In this document: positions 23,969 to 38,400 of the stretch, in pieces
How the letters are laid out: the number at the start of each line of letters is the position of its first letter
Numbering within the stretch: the first letter of the stretch is position 1
NCBI GenBank assembly: GCA_976551045.1
Contig: CDPCPM010000013.1
Span: 19,964,001-20,028,000 of the forward strand
Length of the DNA stretch: 64,000 nucleotides
Direction: 5' to 3'
Source of the DNA: Glaucostegus cemiculus
Taxonomy: Eukaryota
Translations under genes and position numbers: made by a program
The notes under the pieces: model-generated
Databases searched by the model: none
Seen by the model: the letters and a program-made list of their open reading frames with translations, nothing else
What the model was told of the DNA's origin: nothing

Positions 23969-26789
23969 GTAATTGTGATAACATTCAGTCAAAAAGTGGG
24001 AAATTTGCACCTGAATGGAGGTTAGCCACTTGATTGCAGTTCCAGAGAATTGCTGATAAGTATGAACGTGAAGAGTATCTTTTCTGTGTTGGACAGATGC
24101 CTCACTTACTGGTTGCTGTAGTTGTGCTTTCTTAGTATAAACTCAAAAATGGCTCTGCTTTGTAGGCTGTGACCCCATTTAGTTTAGAATCAATGGTTGA
24201 AAGAAGCCCAGCTGGCCTGCTTTCATTCTACTGAAGTATCCACAGTGATCTGATTGCAGATAGGGATGGGTGAAAAATGGGATGTGTGTGTGTGTAAGAG
24301 AAATAGTGAACATCTGCACATGTAATAAAAATGACAGATTATGCACATAGGCTGGTCACCGTAGCCTCAACTGACATGGAGCCGATCCTTTGAACAGTTG
24401 AGGAAGAGGATGATTGAGGGCTTGGTGGCTTTGTACCAGGTTAAGTACTATAAGTTGAGTGTATTCAATGTTGCTTTAACATTGGTGCTGAATCAATCAG
24501 GGCAAAGGACTGTACATTCACTATCAGATCAATTCTTATAATGTTAGCAGCAATGATGTGCTTTTAGAAGGCCAAAACACTTGCTTCTCTTTTGAATTTG
24601 AAATTCAGTAATAATCACATTTGAACCCACCTTCCCAATAAACAGTGATTTGAAAAGCAGTCAGAATATTTGCTTGATGTCAGCAGCTTCATTTAGGGTG
24701 CAATTAAGTGACAAGGCATCCTCGGACACTCCAGATATTAGAGGGTTTGTCCCACATCAAGTTCAATGTAACTATATCCAAGTTTCAATTCTAGATCTGC
24801 AATGCTAAACCATTGTTTCAGAGTCACTATCTGTACCTTCCCAAAGCTGAATAAAATAAAGTTGGACTTTTTTTAATATCTGCTGTGTCCAACACTCCTT
24901 ACAATTTGCAGGACGATCTCGGTGGTCATGGGGTGGATTTCTTACATCAATAGTTCGCAAAGATCTGCTCCCAGCTCTCTTGTCATCAAATCCATGAATC
25001 CTCAAGAAGGGCTATGCAGAAGCTGGTACTGAATGAAAGAGTTAGTGGTGGAGACCACAGCAGCATGTAAAGGAAGGGAGATAAAACTTAACTGAGTACC
25101 TCTTCCCTTCATTCATGTCCCCTCTTCACCACGTGTCTGAGTGCAGGTTTAAATGGTTGCTGCTTACTGAGACAAGATTTGCAGTCAAAGGCTCTGCTTC
25201 AAATGAGAAAGAACTCAAGCCATTACCCATCAAGATGATTGTTAAAAATCTGCAAAGGGATATTATGAACATGAAACATTAATAATTAAGAGAAACGGTG
25301 GGTCTTTCAGCCTCTTGCACCTGCTCTCTTTCAAGAAGACCATGGGTGATATTTTATCTCAGAGCCGTTATCTTACATTGCACCATATCCTTGATTCCCT
25401 TAATACCCAAGAATCTATTGTACTCCAAAACTGAGGAGTAAAGAGGGAGTGACTGTTTCTTAGATTATCCAGTGCTTAACCAATCATTGCACCAATACTC
25501 TCTGTTGCATTGTTGACTTACAATCGCCTGCTTTTTTTGTTACTGCAAAGGTTATACAAATTTTAACCATGCTCTGATTATTTTTAATGACCAAGTAACA
25601 AGTGTATAAAAACAAAATGGAACAGATTATATCCCAAAAGTGCTTTGATTAGGTACTGGGATAAATCATATACAGAGGGCCACCCTGGTTTTACTGTCTT
25701 GAATTGCAGGACTAGGCTGATTTAAATGTTACTTTAAATATGTAACTATAACCCATAAGGATGTTATCAAACTCATTTGGAAACTTTCCCATTGTTTATT
25801 TGCATACATTTTTCATTGTCCCTCTTCCGCTTTTTAGTCACAAATGTGTTTTTATACTGTATTATGAAAACAAGGAACAAATTTGACTGTGAGCCAGAAA
25901 TGTTAAATTCTTGAAATTGTGGGGTACGAAGTGACATCTGTGACAAAAATGAAGTCTGGATTTATCAGATTGATAGTTGCATTTTCAATTTTTTTTAAAC
26001 TGTGAAGCATGAAGTCAATATCTTTTCATCTGTATATGAAAAGACTGTGTATGAATAGACTGAGACTATTTTGATAATGGTAAATAGATATATTTAGATT
26101 TCAATTCCAGTGAAATAAGCATGTATAAGTGACAGAAAATTAGTAATAGGTACTTATCGAGAATGTCGACAGGATTATAGATTGATACAACAGCTGTGGC
26201 ACTGCTTCTGAGTTGTCTAGATTCAAAGTTTTAAGCTTTCCTCCCCTTCGTTAATATGAGAGCAAGTTCTGAAGATGGGGTTAATTAGGCATCAGAGAAA
26301 TTTGGCTAGAATTTTCACTTCATCCTTCTAAGGCTTTAGCAACCACCAGGAACTGCTGATGGTATTCAGGATTAATTTCCTACTTGTTTCTATGTCACTC
26401 CTCTGAATTCTTATGAGAAGGTTCAAGGCCTGGACCTACCAACTTTCACAGAGCAGATCTCTCTTCTCCACTGTGGCCTTGCATGTATCATGATTCTTTT
26501 AATTTATGGGATGAAGGTGGTTCTGGCTAGGTTGCACTTATTCCCATTCCTTGTTCTCCAGAGGTTTCCTCCTGAATTGCAGATGGTGTGTTGTGTTGGT
26601 GTTGGCTGTGAAGTTTTTGGAATTTTGTCCAATGGTTGTGAATCAATTGAAATATGTCTAAATCCACAATCTTGTCTGACTTCGGGGGTAAGGATGAAAG
26701 ATGACTTTTATACCGTACCACATCTTTCTTCTCCCTTTTTAGAGCATCTCAAAATGCTTAACAATTGCTGAAGTTCTTTTTGAAGTTAT

Positions 26790-27110
26790 CATGTTGAAAT
26801 GTAAGAAATAAGGCTTGATTGTGGATATCAAGCTCCTACAAACTGAAATGTAATAATAAACAGATGATTTTTGCTAGTGACATTAGGTGCAAGATAAATA
26901 TCAGTTATTACATTCGGGATAACTCCCCTGTTCAGATTAGTGCCTCAGATCTTTTGTTCCCTGATGTGACCAGAAGAAATCCTTATTTAATGTCTCATCT
27001 GAACATAGCCCTTGCAACAGTTCAGTATTGTACTGCAATGTCTGCCTAGATTTTTGAGCTCGAGTCTCAAAAGTGGCATCTAAAATCTCTTAACTTGGAT
27101 GAAAGGTCAT
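26790..27110 (-). mobile_element. DeuSINE fragment
   Basis: ttaatgtctcatctgaa...tgcaatgtctgcctagatttttgagctcgagtctc is the reverse complement of the SacSINE1/Deu core. Confidence 0.6.
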
Positions 27111-27329
27111 GAAGAGGTGGTTTTGTACCAACCTTGATATGCCATTGGTGTGAAGCCTTTAGAGCATATGTACTGTAACACTAGTTTGTTGGTTTATTAT
27201 TTGCAATTTTTGCTTTATATGATCCATTACTGCTTCTTGTTAGCTATGGATAGATTACCTTTCCCAATGAGACTTTATTTCTCGTAGAAGGTATAATCAC
27301 TGAAAAGACATTTTTAAATTTCATCTGCC

Positions 27330-28200
27330 ATTGAGCTTTTCTAGTCTAATTTCCCAATGTACCTCAGCCAATTCAGCATCATACCTTTTACTTAAGTTTA
27401 TGGTTCCAGTTTTGGACTTAAATTTGTCACTTTCAAACTTTATATGAAATTTGATTATAATATGAGCACTCTTCTCTTGAGGATTTTTTTTTTTACCATA
27501 ACACTAATTAATATACCACTCCACATGACCTGATCGAAAACATCCTGCTCCCTAGTTAGTATTCTAGGAAACTCTCACAATTGATTCCATGAATTCATCC
27601 TGAAGATTTTCTTTGCCGATTTTGTTTCTCCTTTCTATATGAAGATTGAAGTCCCTTATAATTATTGAATTGTTTTTGTAAGCCCCTATTATTTCTCTAT
27701 TTTGCTTATCTCTCCAGTAGTATAGCTTCTGTTAAGGGGACTAAGCGATTATCACCAGTAAATTCTGACTTTGTTATTCCACCTGCACTGATACAGCTTC
27801 ATTCTCTTCTGAGCCAAGTTCCTTTCAGACTATTGTCTTAACATTGTTCTGTATTAACAAAACTTCCCCTCTTTTCTACTTGGCCAAAATATCAAGTACT
27901 CTCGCTATCCCAGCTATGATCACCTTGCTACCATGTTTGTATAACCATATTCATTTATCTCTACTTATACTACTAAATCATTTATATCCACTTATGCCAG
28001 TTATCTTTTTAGAAATGCTTCACGCATTCTAATAAGGAGCCTTTAGTTTTGAATTTTTACTGTTTTTTTCCTATTTTGATCATTTTTGTTGATGAGCTAT
28101 TACTATCATCTTTACCTCTTCCTGTCAAACTCTGCTTATTACTCATGTGCTGCATTGCTCTATTACCTTGTGTTCTTTTTTTGTTTAATTATCCTCATCT
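27330..28200 (-). mobile_element. Old CR1 APE-domain remnant
   Basis: Degenerate reverse matches to the IIIRDFNL and SAHIIIKF (SDH-like) regions. Confidence 0.45.
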
Positions 28201-28249
28201 GAAGCTGAACCCTGTCCACCTCCCTCATTAATTAAATCTATGCTGAGAG

Positions 28250-28550
28250 CCATAATTTTTTTTGCTCCATTCCACTCTTACTTTGGTGTACACCACTCCA
28301 ATGAAGCTGAGCAAGTGCTCAAGGAACAGCACCTCCTCTTCAGACTGGGCACATTACAAACATCGGGACTCAACACTGAATTCAACAATTTCAGATTACC
28401 TGCTTTTCCAATTTGTGTCACAACTGGCCAGTTTTGTTGAAAAGTGGTCACTTTGTAAAGTTGACTCTGTTTTCCTCTCTCCACAGATGCTACCTGAACT
28501 GAATATTTTTAGCCATTTCTATTTAGACTTTAAAAAACTGCAGTCCTTTC
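28250..28550 (+). mobile_element. Penelope-like element C-terminus and terminal repeat
   Basis: ORF 28240-28440 reads LKEQHLLFRLGTLQTSGLNTEFNNFR. Confidence 0.8.
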
Positions 28551-28885
28551 TATCGCAGCATTTTTCTCTTTAAGCTGAGATGAAGATGGAAGGAGGCAAT
28601 GAAGAAAAATTTGGTACTTAAGAGTGAATTAATAAGGTTTATTCCTTTTTGAGTGCATAATGAGCATTGCATGGGGGATATTGATGGAAAGGGAGATGTA
28701 GAAGTGTGAAGGAATGGTCGTTTTGGAGAGCAGTGAGGCTGAAAGAGGTAATTAAACTCCACCCTCAAACTTATTTGGAGAGTGAATTGGGAGGAAATAG
28801 GAAGGAAAAGAAAAAGAATAACTCAATTTGTCATCAAATGGGGGGTGGGGAGGAGCATTGCCAATAATTCCAAGTCTGGAACTTA

Positions 28886-29310
28886 AGGTTCAACAACACA
28901 GCACAACACAATAGCTTCTTCCCCACTGCCATACATCTGACGGTAGTGTAATGCTATTACAGCACCAGTGACCTGGTTCATTTCTAGCCACTGTCTGTAA
29001 GGAGTTTGTATGTTCTCCCTGCGTCTGTGGGTTTCCTCTGGGTGCACCAGTTTTCTCCCACATTTCAAAGACGTACAGGTTAGGAAGTTGTGGACGTGCT
29101 CTGTTGACGCTGGAAGTGTGGCGACACTTATGGGCTGCGCCCAGAACACTCTACTCAAAAGATGCATTTCACCATGTGTTTTGATGTACATGTGACTAAT
29201 AAAGATATCTTATTTTAATTCTACTTCTGACTATATTTCCCTCAACTTGTGCTAATGTTGTTTATTTTTCTTTATTTTGTCAAAGAAGTTATGTATAATT
29301 TATTTAAATT
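28886..29310 (+). mobile_element. Rex1 C-terminal/3' UTR remnant containing a V-SINE at 28939-29213
   Basis: aatagcttcttccccactgccata (NSFFPTAI) precedes a V-SINE with the Rex1-like tail gatgtacatgtgactaataaagatatctta. Confidence 0.75.
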
Positions 29311-30967
29311 TTTTACATACTTTATTGAGGGTAGTTCCATGAGTTTGCAAAGCAGAGCTTCAGCAGTAATTCTACTCATTATGACCAAGTTGTCATGTAA
29401 CTTGGTTTTTGTTAACTTCTGTATTCAAGCCAAGACACTTCAACTTGCCTTAACAATGCTCTCCCTTTTTGTTGCAAATTTCCCCTCCCCCAATCCTCTT
29501 TCCCATAAATCCATTTCATAATTTGCTATGGATACTTAGGAATACTAAGCCATGAAGGAGAATCATTTTGACCTAGGTTATGTATGTCATGAACGTAACC
29601 TGTTTTGGGACTCAATACCATTGGTGTGCAGTAAGTAAGACCATTTTTTTTCTGGTTCCTAGTATTGTTAAATAGAGCATCCTTCAGAAAGAACATCTAG
29701 TGCAGCATTTAAAAGAAAGGCAGCCTGTACTAAAAAATTAAGCTTGGAGTGAAATAATTATGCCTTGATCTGATTTAATGTTGTTCAGCCTTATGACTAC
29801 CAATTATGAGATTTTTTTCCAAGACCAATTTAATTTAATCGATTTTAACTTTTATGTACTGAGTTTTTGACGTAGATTGCTTTGGGGGGTCATATTTACA
29901 TAATTTATTAAAAATGTTGTGGCATTTTCACATTCACATAATCATTTCCATGTGACATTAATAATATTTAGGCATTCCATGCAAATAGTGGCTTACAGTT
30001 CTCTTTAAAAAATATAAGTTTTAAAAATCACAAGGAATTAATTTTTTATATTACTTTGGCAGTTTTTATTGTGATGGATGTCTGCTAAGGCCATCTGCTG
30101 GAAGTGTTTCTGAAATGGCTTTGGTGTTTTTTGTACAATGGAGAGAGGAAAAAATATGATAGATTCCTGATCATACTCCAGTGTTATTTTATTCTTGCCG
30201 CAAAATTCAAGCATGATGACATCAAATGAGATTTGCCTGTAAACTGCTTGGTTGCTGATACAGTATATAAAGAGTGCTGCTATCCCCTTTAGAATGATAC
30301 TTTGGGAGAACAGAGTAAGACTGGTCAGGGTGGGGGAAAAGATGTGTACTATATCTTTTAACAATTAAACTTTTGTATGTGCATGATTTTGGGCAAGGTT
30401 CTGGTGGGTTTGCTTGTTTAATGTGCTATTGTCTCCCAATTTCATTCTTTGCCACTCTGTTTAAAAGTGTTTTTTTCTTAAAGAGCAAGAAATGGATGTG
30501 AACATTTTTGCAGACTGTTTTCTGCATGCCTTTGGACACAGCCCTTGTAGATATTTGGATTTTTATTGAAATTATTCCATTCAGACAACAAACATCCTCC
30601 TTGAAGTTAAAATGATAGATCCACCTGTTAAAATTATAGATCCTCTTTGTTATACAAAGACCATTTCAATCAAACATTCATGAAGTTGACAGAATTGTAA
30701 CCTCTGTCAAGCATGTAGGAAGTCTTTATCTTGTAGCTAACTATGTTGATTACCAAATAGTTCCAGCAGAAACTAGATCAACCACTGAATTATATGATGT
30801 ATCTGTGATAGGACATTTTGGGGGATGAAAATATAAGTAATGTGTATCTCACAATCTTTTGGTGCTTGTTTTCTGTATTGGTTGTGTAATAATGAGGCAA
30901 GGATGCTTCCTCTCATTAACTACATTGCTACACTTGGTGATACAATCTTTTTAGTTATAGAGGTAAG

Positions 30968-31575
30968 AAACAAAGGACTGCAGATACTGGAATTTAGATG
31001 AAAAACACCATGATGCTGGAGGAACTCGGCAGGCCAGGCAGCATCCATGGGGAAAAGCAGGTGATTGACGTTTCGGGTCAGGGCTCTTCTTCAGGACTGA
31101 AGATAGGAAAAGGGGAAGCCCAATTTATAGGAGGGAAAAGCAGAGCAGTGATAAGTGGATAAAAGGGGGAAGGCAGGGTGGGAACAAGGTGGTGATAGGT
31201 AGATTTAGATAAGAGATGGTGATAGGCAGGTGCAGGGGAGGAGGGGAGAGCAGATCCACTGGGGGATGGGTCAAAGGTAAGGGGGGCAACAGGTAGTAAA
31301 AAAGGCTAGGAAAGGGAAGAAGAGAAGCATGGTGGGGGATGGGGATTACTTAAAGTGGGAGAATCCAGTGTTCATGTTGTTAGGCTGCAAGGTTCCAAGA
31401 CAAAAAATTAGGTTCTGTTCCTCCAGTTTTCACTTGGAATTCTCCTGGCAGTGGAGGAGGCCGAGGACTGACATATCAGTGATAGTCTGGGAGGGGGTGT
31501 TGAAGTGACTGGCAAAGGGGAGATGCACATCGCGGTTACGGACACAGTGCAGGCGTTCTGTGAAACGGTTACCTA
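30968..31575 (-). mobile_element. Penelope-like element 3' part
   Basis: Terminal motif ggactgcagatactggaatttagatgaaaaacac; reverse KLEEQNLIFCLGTLQPNNMNT. Confidence 0.85.
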
Positions 31576-32949
31576 ACAATAGAGGTATTGCTCTTTTTAT
31601 CTACGTTTTTTTCCTAATTCTGTTTTGAAAAGTTTGATTTTACTTTTAGTTAATCTGTCATGTTTAGCTAAGAACATGTGATTAAAAGAATTTTATGAGT
31701 GTAATTTATGAAATATTTTGATTACTCATCAAAGGTTACAATGTCTCCTCCTAAATAGTCAACAAATTGTTTAAATATTTACAAACTTAAAATGCCCAGC
31801 GTTTTAAACAAACTGCATAAGTGTTCGTAATTAAGTAAATACATGGCCAGATTGAATATTCTTCATGGGAATGTTCTTTGTAATGGTTAACTTTTATCAT
31901 AACACATCATCATTAGTTAGACTGCTGACCATCATAAAAAGGACTGCACAGAAACATTCCCTTTAAAATGTCATTTCTATCACCTATAAACTGGAATAGT
32001 TTCTATCACTTCTATAGCAAAGCTGAGTGCATTACTGAGAAATTCTACAGTCTCTGCAATAACTTGTGTTTTCTGGAAACTAGAAGAGAAACTATCATCA
32101 AGGAATTTTATTTTGCCTAGTCCCACAAGGTTTATATGCATTTATTTAGGTGTGGGGGTCATTGAGAAAGATCCAGCTTAAAGTTTGGTTGGAAATCAAG
32201 TAAGTGGCCAGATTAGACTGGAGAAGGGGGCTGCTTTTGGGGGCTGCCAAAATTGTTTACTTTGTAGAAGACGTTTTTAGTGAGTGTGTGACTGGACCAA
32301 TTGGAGAGTCAGTGGTGCGGTGGAGTTGTTGATTAAAATGGTAATGGGAGATGGTGACAAAAAGGTAAAATATAAATATGAAATTTAGTGGAGTCCCAGC
32401 TCATTACTGTGCTGTGAGCATCTGATCATCCCAGAGATTATCAACAATTTCTGTTCTGTGCATTCTCCAGGAAATGATGTAACTTGATGTGCATTTGATG
32501 CTGAAATCGTGTCAGATGCACAAGTGCAACATGTCATAAAGTGGCATGAAACAGCCCAGGGGATGGTCCTCATTGCATTTCATTCAGTGGTAGGTACATT
32601 TTCAGCCAGGCAATACAAAAGTAAACAGTATCTTGCAATCTAACTGGTAAACTTTAAAATATCTTCCACTAGAATTTATTGCATTTTCAAACATTTTAGG
32701 GTTTTAAAAATAGACTCTGGGAAAAGAAGATTTTTGAAAGAAAATCCAAGAGAAATTAAATGACAAAGGAGATAATTGGGCAAAGTAAAGGGAAAGAGGT
32801 GTGAGAAAATGGCACCGAACAATTGAATATTGCAAATGATAGCTTACATAAAAAGGTGGGAAAATATGAACTCCACGTTGATTCCAGTCAAAAGAGATTG
32901 GTCAAGCTCCTGCTAAGTTTACTGAGCCACTGTAGGAGACTAGGTCTGA

Positions 32950-34260
32950 ATGAGGTAGAGAATCAAAATGGAAAGCAACCAAAGTCCGTGGCGGAAATAA
33001 AGGATGAAACTGAGATGTTCCAAAATGAATTGTCCAATATTGAAGAGGTGGCATTGCGAGCAACTTCCATATGAAATAGGAAGTGAGAAGGTTGGGTAGG
33101 CCACTGTCCCAAGAAACTCCAACTCCAATAATGACGCACTCAGGCTGAGATGACCAGCCTTCAACCATTATTTTCCTTTGTATGAAGCATGAATCCATCC
33201 AGTGGAGAGTTTTTTGTTTGATTTCACCAGACTTCATTTTTTTAAAAAATGCTTCTTGATGTGACACTCAGTGAATCCTGTCAGGTTGCTAAGGTTAGTA
33301 ACTCTTGCCTTACCTCATTAATTCAGCTTGTATACATGTTTGGACCAAGATAACAGCGAAATCCAGTGCCAAGTAATCCTCATGGAACACAAAGTAAGCA
33401 TCAGTATTGGTTGATATGTTGCTGCTTAATAGGATTATCAATGCCTTTTTGATGATTAAGAGGAGTCTCACTTTTTTGTGGCCCAGATAACGTGAAAAAT
33501 TTTCCACATTGTTGAATAAATGCCAATGTTGTAGCTATACTGGAATAGTTTTCTGAAGGCCCAGCTGGTTATCTATGGCACAGCCTGGATGTATAGTATT
33601 TTGAGAGGATATTGTGCTCGGCAGTTTCTTTGATATGTCATGGAGTAAACTCCATGAATTGGCCAAAGACTGACTGAAGATGGTGGCAGGCCAGGGTGCA
33701 TTAAATGCTTCAATGAAGACAAATTCTTTTAAAAGCTTCAAACTTGTGCTGGACCTTGCCATTGTTTGAATATAGGAATATTCATGGAGCTATAAGCCCT
33801 GTCTGTTTTTTAATTACCTGCTACTGTTTGTGACTTGATATGGCAGAGCCTTGATCTGTTCTGTTGGTTGTGGGATGGCCTGTGTATTTGCATAGTTTTT
33901 TCTTGGCTTAGTGTGTAGGTAGTGCTTTTGTAACTCCACCAAGTTGGCACATTGCATTTGGGTATGTTTAGTGCAGCTCCTGTTATGTTTTTCTACATTC
34001 AATTACAGTTGGTCTCCATGTTTGAAGATAATGGTGGAATGAGGGATTTGCTTAGAAGTTTGCAGATTGTGGTCCGTATCATTTCTGCTGCTATTGATAT
34101 ACCACAGTGCCTTTTTGTTTTGAATGTCATTTTACCACAACTAGCTCTCTTCCTAATCTTTCCCATTCAGCACATTGATAGTGTGCTGGAGGATGTCTTC
34201 ATTTTCATTACCACTTGGACTATGGAGCAGTTGCTGTCCCACTATTGTCATAAATAGTTC
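32950..34260 (-). mobile_element. Old CR1/L2-group LINE ORF2 remnant
   Basis: Degenerate reverse motifs related to 13415-14420 (tgcttcttgatgtgacactcag; atgccaatgttgtagctatactggaatag). Confidence 0.55.
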
Positions 34261-35409
34261 AAAAACAGGTTGCATATATTTGCATTAGTCTGTGTAACAG
34301 TAATGGAATTCTTGTATAAAAGGCACTGTTTTTTGCAAAATTTAATTCTTATTTTCATTGTAAAGATGTATGTGCTAATGTATTTTGCTTTTGTTTGAGC
34401 CCTTAAGATTTTTCATGGAGACTGCCTATCTTTAAAGATGTCTGGTCATTAGTTATTGATTAAAAGCTCATGAGAATATTTAGTAACTGTTCCTTTGGTG
34501 AAAAGAAACTGAGACTATAAATGTAGGCATAAATGAAGTCTGAAGTTCTTTGCACTGCAGTTTGGCAAAGTTACATACAATTAAGATTTAGGGTTTTGTA
34601 CCCACAATGCCTTTCTGCCTCCCCTTTTAGAACTGAAAAGAAATATATTGTGAAAAATACCATTTTCATAGGCTGTGACAAATTGTTTGTATCACATCAG
34701 ATTGGGGGCACAGTATTGGTAATATTATCTTTTCCACAGCATGCTTTCTTCCACCACACCCTCTTTAATCAACACTTCTCTCCTGACCAACTCTTACAAA
34801 CTTCCTTTTTGATGGCTTTTGAAGCAGTTGCACCCTTTGGACTGTTTTTGTCCTTTTATTGTGACATTCTTTGTTAATTGACCCCTCCTTCAATATTTTG
34901 AAATCCAGCTTTCAATCTATTTTGCAGCTCTGCTGTTAAATTAAATTTGGGGATAGATCTTTAGAGACTAGTAATTCTAGAATTCATTTACAGATAGTTT
35001 AAGTGCATTCCAGTTTACCCAACAATAACCATTCTTGACAACTGTACCAAATAAAAACCATGGAGGGTGTGGAGTGTAGGAGTGATATCACTGAGAATAT
35101 GAGGGGGGGTGGGATTTCATTTTGGTTTTCAACTTGACCCCGTATGCATGAGGTCTGTCATAGGAAAAGTTTCCAGGCTGACAGAGCAGAAGATTCAAGT
35201 ATTTTTTTTATCTGAGGAAGTCCAACATTGCTGCTGAATCCCTGTGATGCCTGGCCCAGGACTAATCAAGGTGAACCACTGAACCCCAAGGCCATGTATC
35301 CTGATCTGTCCTGCCAGGCAGCATCTGCCCCATCTGTAGAGGAATAAACAGTTCCCACATAGGCCTTATCAGTCACCTCAGAGTCCATAGAACCAAAGCA
35401 AGTGCAAGC

Positions 35410-38400
35410 GGTTCCAAGGACTGCCTAAGAAGGCCTCGTACATGAAGAATCAATATAGTAAAATTTTTGTTGCGCTAGTATATATATTCCTTTAAATATG
35501 GAGACCAAAACTGAAAGCAGTAATTGGGATGTAGTCTTTTCAAAGCCTTGTAAAGTCTGAACAAGATGACTTATTCTTGTACTCCACACCCCCAGCTTTG
35601 CAAAAAGGAAAACATTCAATTGTTACCTTAATTGCAAGGAGTACCTGCATATAAAATGCGTTTCCTGTAAGAGGACACCAAGTCTCTGTCAACACCAACA
35701 TTTAATAATGTCTCACATTAAATAATACTCTGCTTTTCTATTCCTCCTATCGAAGATAATCTCACATTTCCCCTCTGTTTATATATATCTGCCAATATTT
35801 CATCTACTCACTTAACTTGTCTATATTCCTTTGTGCTTTTTCTGCTTTTCCCACTTAATACAATATAGTCCATGTGAAGCTTGGTGATGCAGCAAAGTTC
35901 TTAAGTAAATAATCAGGGGTGAATCCTGAGATTGGTAGGTGGCGAGAGGTGGCTTCTTGTAGCTGTTCAAACAACTTCCAATTGAAGAGGGTGGTAGGTA
36001 CTAGAAGTTATGGCAGTAACTACCAACAGACCTTCAGAGAATCATACATAGTTTGTAAGTAACTGAGGCCTCAGCATTAATCCTGGAACCAATTATTTGT
36101 ACTATTTTTCGTCCCAATTAACCAATCAACTAACTATGTTGCCATCAATGCTCTGAGGCACTTGTACAGTAATCTCTTAATGCAATATCTTAGCAAATAT
36201 CTATTAGAAATCCACATAGAACAGTACAGCACAATACAGGCCCTTCGGCCCACAATGTTGTGCCGATCTTTAAACCTTGCCTAAATCTATCTAATCCCTT
36301 CCTCCCACATATTCATTTATTTTAAATTCCTCCATATGCTTATCTAGTAATCTCTTGAATTTGACCAATGTATCTGCCTCCACCACTGCCCCAGGCTGTG
36401 CATTCCAGCCCCAACCACTCTGGGTTAAAAAAAACCCTTCCTCTGATATCTCCCTTGAAGTTCCCACCCATTACTTTAAAGCCATGCCCCCTTGTATTGA
36501 GCCTTAGTGCCCTGGGAAAGAGGCACTGGCTGTCCACTCTATCTATTCCTCTTAATATTTTGTACACCTCTATCATGTCTCCTCTCATCATCCTCCTCTC
36601 CAAAGAGTAAAGCCCTAGCTCCCTTAGTTTCTCCTCATAATGCCTATTCTCTAAACCAGGTAGCATCCTGGTAAATCACCTTTGCACCCTTTCCAATGCT
36701 TCTACATCCTTCCTATAATGAGGCGACCAGAATTGGACACAGTACTCTTAGTGTGGTCTAACCAGAGTTTTGTAGAGCTGCATCATTACCTCACAGCTCT
36801 TAAACTCAGTCCCTCGACTTATGAAGACTAACACCCCATACGCTTTCTTAACTACCCTATCCACCTGCAAGGCAACTTTCAGGGATCTGTGGGTATGAAC
36901 CTGCAGATCCCTCTGCTCCTCCACACTACCAAGAATCCTACCATTAACTTTGTACTCTGCCCTGGAGTTTGTCCTTCCAAAGTGTACCACCTCACACTTC
37001 TCTGGATTGAATGCCATCTGCCACTTCTCAGCCCAGCTCTGCATCCTATCAATGTCCCTCTTCAATCTTCGACAATCCTCTACACTATCCACAACACCAC
37101 CAACCTTTTCTGTCTGCAAACTTGCCAACCCACCCTTCTATCCCCCATCCAAGTCATTAATAAAAATCACGAAAAGCAGAGGTCCCAGAACCGATCCTTG
37201 TGGGACACCGCTAGTTACAGCCCTCCAATCTGAATGCACTCCCTCCACCACAACCCTTTGCTTTCTATAGACAAGCCTGTTCTGAATCCACATGGCCAAG
37301 CTTCCCTGGATCCCATGCCCTCTGACCTTCTGAAGAAGCCTACCATGTGGAACCTTGTCAAATGCCTTACTAAAATCTATGTAGACCACATCTACTGCAC
37401 TACCCATTTCAATGTGTCTGGTCACCTCCTCAAAGAACACCATCAGGCTTGTGAGACGTGATCTGCTCTTCACAAAGCCATGCTGGCTGTCCCTGATCAG
37501 ACCATGATTCTTTAAATGCCCATAGATCCTATCACTAAGAATCCTTTCCAACAGCTTGCCCACCACAGATATAAGGCTCACTGGTCTATAATTCCCTGGA
37601 CTATCCCTACTACCTTTTTTGAATAAAGGGACAGCATTTGCCACCCTTCAATCCTCTGGTACCATTCCCATGGAAAACAAGGACTCAAGGATCCTAGCCA
37701 ACGGTTCAGCAATCTCCTCCCTCACCTCACGAAGCAGCCTGGGGAATATTCCATCAGGACCTGGGGACTTATCTGTCCTAATATTTTCTAACAGCTCCAA
37801 CACATCCTCTCTCTTGATATCAATATGCTCTAGAACGTTAATCTTACCAACACTGTCCTCAGAGTTATGAAGGCCCCTCTCCTTGGTGAATAATGAAGAG
37901 AAGTATTCATTTTGCCCCTCACCCACTTCCACAGCTTCCAGGCACATCTTCCCACCTTTATCCCTAATCAGTTCTACCTTTACTCCCATCATCCTTCTGC
38001 GCTTCACTTAAGTGAGAAAATGCCTTGGGGTTTTCCTTAACCCTACTTGCCCTAGGCCTTTTCATGTCCCCTTCTTGCTCTCCTCAACCCCTTCTTAAGC
38101 TCCTTCCTTGCTACCCTATATTCCTCAAGAGACCCATCTGATCCTTGCTGCCTAATCCTTATATATGCTGCCTTCTTCCTCCTAACTAGATGTTCCACCT
38201 CTCTTGTCAACCACGGTTCCTTCACCCTGTCATTCTTTCTCTGCCTCACCAGGGCAAATTTATCCCTAACATTCTGCAAGAGATCCCTGAACAACTACCT
38301 CGTCTCTATAGTAAATTTCCCTTCAAAAATGTCTTTGCTACTAAGTAATACAAAAGTTGTTTGGTACTAAGCAGGTGCCAATCAATATTTGGGAAGTTGA